Shown here in pieces: positions 27,179-35,923 of a stretch of DNA of 35,923 nt. The number at the start of each line of letters is the position of its first letter. Within the stretch, counting starts at the first letter, position 1. The stretch is from assembly GCA_046045965.1 (NCBI GenBank), contig JBJOKS010000040.1, positions 1-35,923 of the forward strand. The letters are read 5' to 3'. Source of the DNA: Cyanobacteriota bacterium (GTDB lineage: Bacteria > Cyanobacteriota > Cyanobacteriia > Cyanobacteriales > Nostocaceae). The notes under the pieces are model-generated. The model searched no databases and had not been told where the DNA came from. It saw only the letters and a list, made by a program, of their open reading frames with translations. Position numbers and translations under genes: made by a program.

Positions 27179-29506
27179 TCAATAATCTCCTGACCAATGT
27201 GAAGTAGGAGCATCAGCATCAACTACAGATAAATCATTGAGGGAATAGTCTTTTTCTGAACTCAAAGTTACATCTTGAGGAGTTGGTAATTTATCCAGTG
27301 CTTCTAAAACCTCAAATGCTGATTTATATCGCTTTTTATAATCATCCAAAACCATTTTTTTAATAATGTCGGCTAAAGCATCGCTGACAGTTGCTTTATC
27401 AACCCATTTCACTTCTTCATCACTGTCTCTTTCTAACTCATGGGGAGAAATACCAGTTAAGGCTTTAATACCAATCATCCCTATAGCATAAATATCACTA
27501 TTATATCGAGGACGACCAAAACATTGCTCGTTAGGTGCGTAACCTTTTGTACCAATACCAATAGTAAAAGCGGTTGATTCCAGATTATCCATGATTTGGG
27601 TGCTAACTTCTTTAACAGCACCAAAGTCAATTAATACCAGTTTCCAATCTGAATGACGACGGATGATATTACCAGGTTTAATATCTCGATGAATTACACC
27701 ATTTTCATGGACAAATCTTAATATTTTTAATAGTTCTTTTAACAGTTCAATTACTAAAGTCTCGCTGATAGATTTACCTGAGATTAATTCTTTACTCAGC
27801 GGATGACCCAGGATATATTCTTGTACTAAATAAAATTCTTCATCTTCTTCAAAATAAGCTAAAAGTTGAGGAATTTGGGAATGGTTTCCTAGTTTTTCTA
27901 GAGTTTTTGCTTCTGCACTAAATAAACGCCTAGCAAGTGCTAAACTCTCTGGTTTAGTAGTGGCTGGTTTTAGTTGTTTGACAACACATTGTGGTTGATC
28001 TGGACGTTGTATATCTTCAGCAATATAGGTTTCACTAAATCCACCAGCACCAAGAACTTTGACAATTTTGTAGCGTCCACTCAGGATTTTACCATTCAAT
28101 TCTAAATCTCTTTGTTGAATTAGGTCTTGTAGGTCTTCTTGTTGGCTGATAATTTCTTGAACAACAGCAGAAGATTTATGTTTTTGAAATATCAGTAATA
28201 ATTTTTGTTTGTTGATTTTTTCCCTAGCTATGTCTGTACCTAAATAAGATAAACCAGTGAGAGCGATCGCTATCATTGGGACTGTAGTTGGGAACATCAA
28301 ATGACCATAAATGAAGCTACTATAACTGATTATTCCCCACACACTAGCTAAAGCGATACTTAAGAAAAATCTATGGATACCCTGTTTTTTTCTGGTGATG
28401 ATCACGGCCGTACCGCTAACTAGCATCAGCACAAATAAACCCCGCCATACAGGATTTTTGATGGCTGTAGCGATAGATTTATTTGTCATCAAAGTAGCGA
28501 TCGCATTAGCATGAATTTCTACTCCGGCCATACGTTCATTGGGAGAAATAGCCACCTGATGAAAATCATTGCTTAATTTTGCTGTAGCACCAACGAGAAC
28601 AATTTTATTTTGGAAAAACCTACCTTGCTGCAAAGCATTGTTCCAGTTTGCTGGGTCAAACACATCCAAAATAGGAATTGTCTTAAATGTCTCTCCAGGT
28701 CCCCAAAAATAAATGCGATCGCCTTGAGGTTGAGGATAATTTATTTGTGCTGCTGCTAACACCGCTTCTCCAAAGGAGGGTATTTTAGTGTTGAGAGCAT
28801 TGTTTTGAGATATGGAGTTCAAAAATTTACTACTCAAGCGGTGAATTTTACCATCTACCTCTAGTGCAAAATTTACTGCACCGATGGAAACAGACTCAGA
28901 ACGCAAGCTTTGATGCGGCTCTGTTAGTTGGCGAAATGATCCATGACGAGTTGTAAAATTTTCATAGACTGCGGCCAAGGTAACTTTACTGCCATATTTT
29001 TGTAACACTTCCTGTAATTGGCGATCATCAGCCTCACTGTAGGTACTTGGCTGATCAAAAACCACATCTAAAGCCACTGAACGCGCACCAGCTTCTACCA
29101 ACTTGGTGATCAGTTGAGCATAGGCCGCACGTTTATACGGAAAAGGTTTTAGTGGTTGTAAGTAGCTGTACTGTTGAGAATCGGTCGTATAATACTGTTC
29201 AGGAATTGATATAGACTGATCATCAATTGCCAAAATTACAATATCTTCTGGAGCCACCTTTGACCCACGAATTTGAAAAAAGGCAGTCGCCGCTTGATTT
29301 TCTATCACTTGCACCCTGGTTCCACCAGCAGCACTCAGTAGTCCTGCTACTATGGCCGCAACTCCTGTGAGTAGATGACCCAAGGCCACCATCACTTTAG
29401 GCTTTTGTAAGGATGCTGTTAAATTTCCCTTTGTAAAATTACTTAACTGTTCTTTGGCAGCAGTGAGTGATTTTTTAGTTAAGCTGGATGTAGATTCTTC
29501 TGCCAT
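27179..29506 (-). CDS. CHASE2-domain membrane Ser/Thr protein kinase
   Basis: CHASE2 (IVILAIDD, GARSVALDVVF, MAGVEIHAN), three TM helices, kinase motifs LGAGGFSETY, VVKQL, HRDIKPGN, DFG and GTKGYAPNE. Confidence 0.93.
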   Translation of the reverse strand: MAEESTSSLTKKSLTAAKEQLSNFTKGNLTASLQKPKVMVALGHLLTGVAAIVAGLLSAAGGTRVQVIENQAATAFFQIRGSKVAPEDIVILAIDDQSISIPEQYYTTDSQQYSYLQPLKPFPYKRAAYAQLITKLVEAGARSVALDVVFDQPSTYSEADDRQLQEVLQKYGSKVTLAAVYENFTTRHGSFRQLTEPHQSLRSESVSIGAVNFALEVDGKIHRLSSKFLNSISQNNALNTKIPSFGEAVLAAAQINYPQPQGDRIYFWGPGETFKTIPILDVFDPANWNNALQQGRFFQNKIVLVGATAKLSNDFHQVAISPNERMAGVEIHANAIATLMTNKSIATAIKNPVWRGLFVLMLVSGTAVIITRKKQGIHRFFLSIALASVWGIISYSSFIYGHLMFPTTVPMIAIALTGLSYLGTDIAREKINKQKLLLIFQKHKSSAVVQEIISQQEDLQDLIQQRDLELNGKILSGRYKIVKVLGAGGFSETYIAEDIQRPDQPQCVVKQLKPATTKPESLALARRLFSAEAKTLEKLGNHSQIPQLLAYFEEDEEFYLVQEYILGHPLSKELISGKSISETLVIELLKELLKILRFVHENGVIHRDIKPGNIIRRHSDWKLVLIDFGAVKEVSTQIMDNLESTAFTIGIGTKGYAPNEQCFGRPRYNSDIYAIGMIGIKALTGISPHELERDSDEEVKWVDKATVSDALADIIKKMVLDDYKKRYKSAFEVLEALDKLPTPQDVTLSSEKDYSLNDLSVVDADAPTSHWSGDY

Positions 29507-30295
29507 ATTGTGTTACTCGTTAACTTAAGTACAACACTGCTATTTATTTACACACAGTTTTAACGACATTATCCATTTTGAAATCAAACTTAAATGAAAA
29601 TCCTGTACCTTTGTCAAATATGCTTAAACTACTACCAAACTTGCATTAGTGCATTTGCTCCCCAGCACTACCTATACAAATACGGTCTAATTTTGTGTTT
29701 ACCTAAAATTCCTATTAGTTATTGTTGCACAAATTATCAACCAGAACTGCTACACCTTTGCAATTGGTTACGGTGAGATTATATCCTATCCCTATGATTC
29801 CACTAAAACCAAAGGAAAAAATTTGCCCCGCCTAAAAATACCCGTTTAAATGGGTTTAATAGAGTTTTTGCGAGAAGAGGTGCTACCTAATGCTTATTCT
29901 ACAGTCAAAAGAAATATTTATTATTACCAGACAAAAGCCCTGGTGTTGATGAGAAAATCTATTCATGGGAATCTGCCCAGATCCTAACTAAAGCCCTATA
30001 CCATACCTCTTTAGGAGTAAACTGGACTGATATGCAGATCAGAATGCTACTACTAAGTCAATTTTATTGGTAGATTTTGATCACAGGCTGTATTTGCAAG
30101 AGTCGGAGGTTAAACAGGTTCAGTTACCAGGATCTCACATTTAATGTTTTAGCCAATTTTATGCTTTGCCAGAGGTAAGATACAAGCTATACATGAAAAC
30201 TACCTTTATAGATATTAGCGACCTTGCCAATTAAGAATTGCTATAATCTATTGTTCAATCTTACATTCTTATCTATTATTTAGGTGTAAATTTCT

Positions 30296-30817
30296 ATGGG
30301 TTCGCCAATGAATCGTCTGTCTATTTTCGTAGACGGAAACAATATGTTCTATGCTCAACAAAAAAATGGCTGGTTTTTTGACCCGCGACGAGTGTTAGAA
30401 TATTTTAAGAACGAACAACCTGAGACAACATTAATTAATGCTTTTTGGTACACAGGCTTAAAAGACCCACAAGACCAACGTGGTTTTCGAGATGCACTCA
30501 TTAGTTTGGGATATACAGTACGCACTAAAATCCTCAAAGAATACTATGATGATGTCTCTGGCCGTTACTCACAAAAAGCGAATTTAGATATTGAAATTGT
30601 TGTCGATATGTTCAATACCGTTGACCAGTATGATCGAGTAGTTTTATTTAGTGGAGATGGAGATTTTGAAAGAGCGATAGAGTTATTACGTTCTAAAAAT
30701 ACGCACATTACAGTGGTATCAACTGAAGGGATGATAGCCAGAGAATTGCGTAATGCTACGGATAGATATATAGACTTGAACGATATCAGAGACCAAATAG
30801 AAAAAACCGAAGCTTAG
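30296..30817 (+). CDS. NYN-domain (LabA/DUF88 family) protein
   Basis: IFVDGNNMFY, QKANLDIEIVVDM and LFSGDGDF PIN-like acidic motifs. Confidence 0.92.
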   Translation: MGSPMNRLSIFVDGNNMFYAQQKNGWFFDPRRVLEYFKNEQPETTLINAFWYTGLKDPQDQRGFRDALISLGYTVRTKILKEYYDDVSGRYSQKANLDIEIVVDMFNTVDQYDRVVLFSGDGDFERAIELLRSKNTHITVVSTEGMIARELRNATDRYIDLNDIRDQIEKTEA

Positions 30818-30860
30818 TAAAATTAATAATTATTTACAAAGCAAAAGTTAAAAATAGAAG

Positions 30861-31016
30861 CAGGAGTCCGTCAACAGAAATGAGAATAAATTATGGAGGC
30901 GAAAGCACTACCAAAAGTTAGAACCACCAAATCATAGATTTGCTAGGTATCTTAAACCAACTTATACATAAGCTAGTCGTATATAATTCATTCTAAATTC
31001 TGAATTCTGACTCCTG
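30861..31016. repeat. Degenerate dispersed element with inverted heptamer-repeat ends
   Basis: CAGGAGTC (30861-30868) and GACTCCTG (31009-31016) are inverted ends; internal palindrome CAAATC-ATA-GATTTG. Confidence 0.4.
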
Positions 31017-31093
31017 TATTCTGTTTAATAAAGTTCAAGGTATTTTAAGCCCACAGTCACAACTCAACACACCAAAACCACAACCCAAAACCA

Positions 31094-32686
31094 ATGAGCG
31101 ATCAAGCAGACAGAATTATCATCTTTGATACGACACTGCGAGATGGAGAACAGTGTCCAGGAGCAACCTTAAACATCGAGGAAAAGCTAATTATTGCCAA
31201 ACAATTAGCCCGTTTAGGTGTAGATATCATTGAAGCTGGTTTTGCTTTTGCTAGTCCGGGTGATTTTGAAGCAGTCAGCAAAATTGCTCAGACTGTGGGT
31301 TTAGAAGATGGTCCAGTTATATGTAGTTTAGCTAGAGCTAGACACGATGATATTAAAGCCGCAGCAGAAGCAATCAAACCAGCAGCTAAGGGTAGAATTC
31401 ATACATTTATTGCTACTTCTGATATTCACCTACAATATAAGCTGAAAAAAACCAGACCAGAAGTGATTGCGATCGCTGAGGAAATGGTAGCTTATGCTAA
31501 AAGCTTCACCGATGATGTAGAATTTTCCCCGGAAGATGCTGGACGTTCAGATCCAGAATTTTTGTATGAGGTTTTGGAAAGAGCGATCGCCGCAGGTGCA
31601 ACAACTGTTAACATTCCTGATACCGTAGGTTACACCACCCCCAGCGAATTTGGCGCTATCATCAAAGGTATCAAAGAAAACGTCCCCAACATCGACCAAG
31701 CCATCATTTCCGTCCACGGCCATAATGATTTGGGTTTAGCTGTTGCTAACTTCCTGGAAGCGGTGAAAAATGGCGCAAGACAGCTAGAATGTACCATCAA
31801 TGGTATTGGGGAAAGAGCCGGAAACGCCGCCTTAGAAGAATTAGTCATGGCCTTGCACGTCAGACGGCAATATTTTAACCCCTTCTTTGGTAGACCTGCT
31901 GATTGTGAAGATTCATTAACTAATATTGACACCAAGCAAATTTATAAAACCTCCCGCTTGGTTTCCAGCTTGACAGGAATGCTGGTACAACCCAATAAAG
32001 CTATTGTGGGTGCTAATGCTTTCGCACACGAGTCGGGTATTCATCAAGATGGAGTGTTGAAAAACAAGCTCACCTATGAGATTATGGATGCCCAATTGAT
32101 TGGGTTAACAGACAATCAAATAGTATTGGGTAAACACTCTGGGAGAAATGCGTTCCGTACTCGTTTAAAAGAATTGGGCTTTGATTTGTCAGAGAATGAT
32201 TTGAATAAAGCCTTTATTCGGTTTAAAGAAGTTGCGGACAAAAAGAAAGAAATCTCAGATTGGGATTTAGAGGCGATCGTCAACGACGAAATTAAACAAG
32301 CACCAGATTTATTTAAAATCGAATTGGTGCAAGTTTCCTGTGGTAGCAACGCCAAACCCACCGCAACTGTTACTCTGCGGACACCCGATGGGGAAGAATT
32401 AACCGATGCGGCTATTGGTACAGGTCCAGTGGATGCAGTTTATAAAGCCATCAATCGAGTCGTGAATGTACCGAATGATTTGATTGAATTTTCTGTGCAA
32501 TCTGTAACCGGGGGAATTGATGCTTTAGGAGAAGTAACGATTCGGTTACGTTATGAATCCCGTGTATTTTCGGGTCATGCAGCCAGTACCGACATAATTG
32601 TGGCATCGGCTCAGGCTTATGTGAATGCCCTGAATAGATTGTATGCTGCATTACAGCAAACCGTGAAAGAAGAAGTGACAGCATAG
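31094..32686 (+). CDS. leuA: 2-isopropylmalate synthase
   Basis: [42 protein letters not shown] and regulatory domain GTGPVDA. Confidence 0.97.
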   Translation: MSDQADRIIIFDTTLRDGEQCPGATLNIEEKLIIAKQLARLGVDIIEAGFAFASPGDFEAVSKIAQTVGLEDGPVICSLARARHDDIKAAAEAIKPAAKGRIHTFIATSDIHLQYKLKKTRPEVIAIAEEMVAYAKSFTDDVEFSPEDAGRSDPEFLYEVLERAIAAGATTVNIPDTVGYTTPSEFGAIIKGIKENVPNIDQAIISVHGHNDLGLAVANFLEAVKNGARQLECTINGIGERAGNAALEELVMALHVRRQYFNPFFGRPADCEDSLTNIDTKQIYKTSRLVSSLTGMLVQPNKAIVGANAFAHESGIHQDGVLKNKLTYEIMDAQLIGLTDNQIVLGKHSGRNAFRTRLKELGFDLSENDLNKAFIRFKEVADKKKEISDWDLEAIVNDEIKQAPDLFKIELVQVSCGSNAKPTATVTLRTPDGEELTDAAIGTGPVDAVYKAINRVVNVPNDLIEFSVQSVTGGIDALGEVTIRLRYESRVFSGHAASTDIIVASAQAYVNALNRLYAALQQTVKEEVTA

Positions 32687-32717
32687 ATAGAAGGTGTAAA
32701 AATACCTAATACTTTCG

Positions 32718-32742
32718 AGGGAGGTAAATGTTACACCTCCCT
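32718..32742 (+). terminator. Stem-loop after leuA
   Basis: AGGGAGGT...ACCTCCCT inverted repeat about 30 bp after the stop. Confidence 0.45.
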
Positions 32743-32843
32743 ATATCTTTAGGTAGGTTTTTATGATTTGAAGAATTATGATAGTAACCCGATCAAATAA
32801 AACTTTATACTGCTAAAAGCTGTTTTTGGTCAGTATAAAGTCA

Positions 32844-33506
32844 ATGAGTACCAATTCAACCACAGGCTTACCCCTTTGGGTGCAAGATAGAGAAGTAGTG
32901 CTAGCCCATGATGAGGGTGTACAATGGCGAGAAGGACAAAAGCCAGACTATTCTTTCACTAATGAATATTTGCATCAAGAAAGTAAATATAACCATCCAG
33001 AAGGTTCATTAGAGGCGATCGCTCAAAATTTAGTTCGCACCTTTGAAATGGAAGCATCCCATAAACTTAACCCCGAACAATGGCTTTCTATTGTTGCGGA
33101 TAAGTTTAAAATGAGCAGTAACGGTGGACGAGAATACACAGCAAAGGAAGTAGTTGAACAAGGAACATACAACTTATTTATAGTTGAAAATGAGCATTAT
33201 TGCCCAGCTAAAGAAACTTTTGAATCTTCTTTTGAACTATTTCATAAAGCCTTCCCTAATGGCTTTTTGTGGGAATTAACAGAAGTGCTTTCTGGACCTC
33301 CTAACGTTACCTTTAAATGGCGACATTGGGGAACATTTACCGGCACATATAAAGATTATGCACCCACAGGAGAAACCATAGAAATTACAGGGATGAGTAT
33401 TGCCCGTGTAACTGAAGATTTAAAGATTGAATCTTTAGAGCATTATTTTGATAATAATGCCTTTTTGCAAAAATTAACTGCTGGTGGTTGTCCTTTCCAT
33501 TCTTAA
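32844..33506 (+). CDS. SnoaL/NTF2-like ester-cyclase-fold protein (pathogenesis-related-like family)
   Basis: QNLVRTFEMEASHK, FPNGFLWELTEVLSGPPNVTFKWRHWG and C-terminal GCPF; the ATG at 32844 is preferred. Confidence 0.8.
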   Translation: MSTNSTTGLPLWVQDREVVLAHDEGVQWREGQKPDYSFTNEYLHQESKYNHPEGSLEAIAQNLVRTFEMEASHKLNPEQWLSIVADKFKMSSNGGREYTAKEVVEQGTYNLFIVENEHYCPAKETFESSFELFHKAFPNGFLWELTEVLSGPPNVTFKWRHWGTFTGTYKDYAPTGETIEITGMSIARVTEDLKIESLEHYFDNNAFLQKLTAGGCPFHS

Positions 33507-33515
33507 AATATAGGT

Positions 33516-33542
33516 TAAGGGTTTGGCATTGTTAAACCCTTA
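33516..33542. repeat. Palindromic REP-like hairpin or terminator
   Basis: TAAGGGTTTGGCA-T-TGTTAAACCCTTA with G-U pairs. Confidence 0.5.
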
Positions 33543-33635
33543 CAAAATCATAATTTATTAACCGCAGATAAACGCAGATAAACACAGATAAAATACAAAT
33601 GATGTGAGCAATTTTATATACAAAATTTAAAAAAT

Positions 33636-35081
33636 ATGAATCAACCTAATAATACATCATTAACAGAAATCCGCACTGCATTAAAACAAATCTGGGGTTA
33701 TGATGATTTCCGTCCACCACAGGGAGAAATTGTCAAAAGTTTATTATCCCAAAAAGACGCATTAATTATTATGCCCACAGGAGGGGGAAAATCAATTTGT
33801 TTTCAACTTCCCGCACTACTAAAAACCGGTTTAACTTTAGTAGTTTCTCCCTTGGTTGCATTGATGGAAAACCAAGTAGAAGAACTCAAACAACGAAATC
33901 AAAAAGCTGCTCTTTTGCATAGTGAACTACCTACATATCAACGTCGATCAACATTGCAAGCTTTAGAAAAACAGCAATTAAGATTATTATATTTATCACC
34001 AGAAACTTTATTTAGTCCTCCAGTGTGGGAAAGATTATCTCATCCCCAATTACAAATTAATGGAATTATCCTTGATGAAGCACATTGTTTAGTACAATGG
34101 GGTGATACTTTTCGTCCTGCTTATCGACGTTTGGGTGCTGTTCGTCCAGCGTTATTAAAAACAAAACCACCGGGAACAAAGATTAGTATAGCAGCTTTTA
34201 CTGCCACTGCTGATCCTTCAGCACAAAAGATAATTGCTGATGTTTTACAATTACAGAAACCTGATAGTTATCAACTCAATCCTTACCGTAATAATTTACA
34301 TCTTAGTGTGAAAATTGCTTGGACACCAAAAGGCAGAAAACAACAATTATTAAAGTTTATTCAAAATCATCAAAATCAAGCAGGTTTGATTTATGTGAGA
34401 ACTCGTAAAGATAGCGAAGAATTAGCAGCATGGTTAACAGAATTAGGGTATAATACTGCTAGTTATCATGCGGGTTTAGGTGCAACGGAAAGACGAGCAG
34501 TAGAAGCAAGTTGGTTAAATGGAAAAATGCCATTTGTTGTATGTAATGCTGCTTTTGGTATAGGAATAAATAAAAGTAATGTCCGTTGGGTGATTCATTT
34601 TCAAGCACCACTTTTATTATCAGAATATGTGCAAGAAATTGGACGTGCGGGAAGAGATGGAAAACCAGCGGAAGCTTTAACTTTAATTAGTGAACCGACG
34701 GGATTTTTAGATGCTGAAGATAAACAAAGACAACAGTTTTTTGAACAACAAATGTTGAAACAACAACAAAAAGCGCAACAGTTAGCAAAAAAGTTACCAA
34801 AACAAGGAGAAGTAACATCTGTAATTAAACAATTTCCTGATGGTGCAACGGCGCTTTCTTTACTGCATAGTAGCGGACAATTACAATGGCTTGATCCTTT
34901 TCATTATGCGATTTCTGCGAAGTCGGGAAAACAACCACAAATGCAGTTACAAGCTGCTAAACAAATGAGCGAATATTTGTATAGTAAAAAATGTCGTTGG
35001 CAGTTTTTGTTAACTGCTTTTGGTTTTGGGAAAGAAGCGGAAAATTGGCGTTGTGGACATTGTGATAATTGTAAAAAATAA
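33636..35081 (+). CDS. recQ: RecQ family ATP-dependent DNA helicase (short form, no HRDC domain evident)
   Basis: MPTGGGKS, DEAHC, TATA, YHAGL, QEIGRAGRDG and Zn-binding CR...CGHCDNC. Confidence 0.93.
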   Translation: MNQPNNTSLTEIRTALKQIWGYDDFRPPQGEIVKSLLSQKDALIIMPTGGGKSICFQLPALLKTGLTLVVSPLVALMENQVEELKQRNQKAALLHSELPTYQRRSTLQALEKQQLRLLYLSPETLFSPPVWERLSHPQLQINGIILDEAHCLVQWGDTFRPAYRRLGAVRPALLKTKPPGTKISIAAFTATADPSAQKIIADVLQLQKPDSYQLNPYRNNLHLSVKIAWTPKGRKQQLLKFIQNHQNQAGLIYVRTRKDSEELAAWLTELGYNTASYHAGLGATERRAVEASWLNGKMPFVVCNAAFGIGINKSNVRWVIHFQAPLLLSEYVQEIGRAGRDGKPAEALTLISEPTGFLDAEDKQRQQFFEQQMLKQQQKAQQLAKKLPKQGEVTSVIKQFPDGATALSLLHSSGQLQWLDPFHYAISAKSGKQPQMQLQAAKQMSEYLYSKKCRWQFLLTAFGFGKEAENWRCGHCDNCKK

Positions 35082-35118
35082 TTATTTTTAAGTCAATTTC
35101 AAATTGACATTTATTTGT

Positions 35119-35148
35119 GTGTACATTGTACACCTAAAATGCTATGAT
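35119..35148 (+). promoter_or_regulatory. Putative TA operator palindrome and extended -10 promoter
   Basis: GTGTACA-T-TGTACAC (35119-35133), a perfect 7-bp inverted repeat over the -35 position; TG-C-TATGAT at 35140-35148. Confidence 0.6.
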
Positions 35149-35179
35149 CTCAATTGAAGGTGTTCACTAAATAGCCAAG

Positions 35180-35464
35180 ATGTTAGAAACCTCTTCTCCC
35201 AAAGACAGTAGACTTGATTTGAGAGTTACACAAGAGCAAAAAGAACTCTTAGAACAAGCAGCAGCACTTAAAGGAGTTTCCTTGAGTGCTTATACCCTGT
35301 CGCATCTGCTTCCCATTGCTAGACAGGAAATAGATGCCCATGAAAGGCTGGTTTTATCAAGTCGGGATAGAGATTTATTTATGTCTGTGATGGAAAATCC
35401 CCCAGAACTCAAGGGAAAACTGAAAACTACCTTGAAAAAGTTTAGGGATAAATATGACAAATAG
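35180..35464 (+). CDS. DUF1778 ribbon-helix-helix antitoxin (TacA/AtaR-like)
   Basis: KDSRLDLRVTQEQKELLEQAAALKGVSLSAY...LSSRDRDLFMSVMENPP. Confidence 0.92.
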   Translation: MLETSSPKDSRLDLRVTQEQKELLEQAAALKGVSLSAYTLSHLLPIARQEIDAHERLVLSSRDRDLFMSVMENPPELKGKLKTTLKKFRDKYDK

Positions 35465-35923
35465 TGAAGCAAGATGGAATTTTCTACCGATTGAAAAGAA
35501 ATATAAAAAGGATGCTTTTGACTGTGGTTATCAAGTTCTCAATGACTACCTAAAAAAATATGCTCGACAAAACCATCAAAAAGGTATTGCTAAAACCTTT
35601 GTGGCGGTGAAAGAATCAGGAAGTATGAAAGTTGATGGTTACTATACACTGAGCGCGAGTATTATTGAGTATGAATTCTTGCCTGAATCTTATCAAAAAA
35701 GAATACCTGCTTATCCGATTCCTGCTACTTTAATTGGTAAATTAGCAGTGGATAATTCTGTAAAGGGAAAAGGTTTAGGGGGAGAACTTTTAGCGGATGC
35801 GTTATATCGTATAGTTCGCGCTGCTCAAGAAATTGGTATTTTTGCAGTAAGAGTTGATGCTATAGATTTACAAGCTAGGGAATTTTATCTAAAACATGAG
35901 TTTATTCCTTTTTTAGATAGGGA
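35454..35923 (+). CDS. GNAT toxin of the TacT/AtaT type, 3' truncated (absent from the ORF track)
   Basis: ATG 35454 overlaps the antitoxin end; reads MTNSEARWNFLPIEKKYKKDAFDCGYQVLNDYLKKYARQ...GYYTLSAS...PIPATLIGKLAVDNSVKGKGLGGELLADA...VRVDAID..AREFYLKHEF. Confidence 0.92.
   Translation, partial: MTNSEARWNFLPIEKKYKKDAFDCGYQVLNDYLKKYARQNHQKGIAKTFVAVKESGSMKVDGYYTLSASIIEYEFLPESYQKRIPAYPIPATLIGKLAVDNSVKGKGLGGELLADALYRIVRAAQEIGIFAVRVDAIDLQAREFYLKHEFIPFLDR

Noticed and set aside
29507..30295. Long intergenic region and 60-aa ORF at 29594-29776
   Set aside because: I could not see a convincing RNA structure, repeat or coding signal; it is probably a divergent promoter region.

Overview
AT-rich chromosomal window from a heterocyst-forming cyanobacterium (Nostocales-like; inferred from frequent HIP1 GCGATCGC octamers, heptameric STRR-type repeats and gene content). 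Most of it is ordinary: pstB (partial), tRNA-Gly(TCC), cyaC, hisC, glmU, an isoaspartyl peptidase, pyrD, leuA, recQ, a CHASE2 Ser/Thr kinase and a DUF1778/GNAT toxin-antitoxin pair at the right edge. The outstanding region is about 22.4-26.2 kb. A Ro60/Rsr (TROVE-vWA) gene is accompanied by five tRNA-shaped RNA elements: four in tandem behind a near-consensus sigma70 promoter and one just downstream of the gene. In each, the anticodon loop is replaced by a conserved module, CTTGYCT-(TTT/TTTT/GAAA)-AGGCCGA-N8-GGGTTATCG. This looks like the bulged-C Ro-binding helix of Y RNAs, but circularly permuted: it is closed by a small loop, while the tRNA acceptor stem forms the free ends. A sixth, bare copy of the hairpin overlaps the Shine-Dalgarno sequence of the Ro gene, suggesting translational autoregulation titrated by the RNAs. 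All of this was read by eye; no folding, alignment or database search was run.
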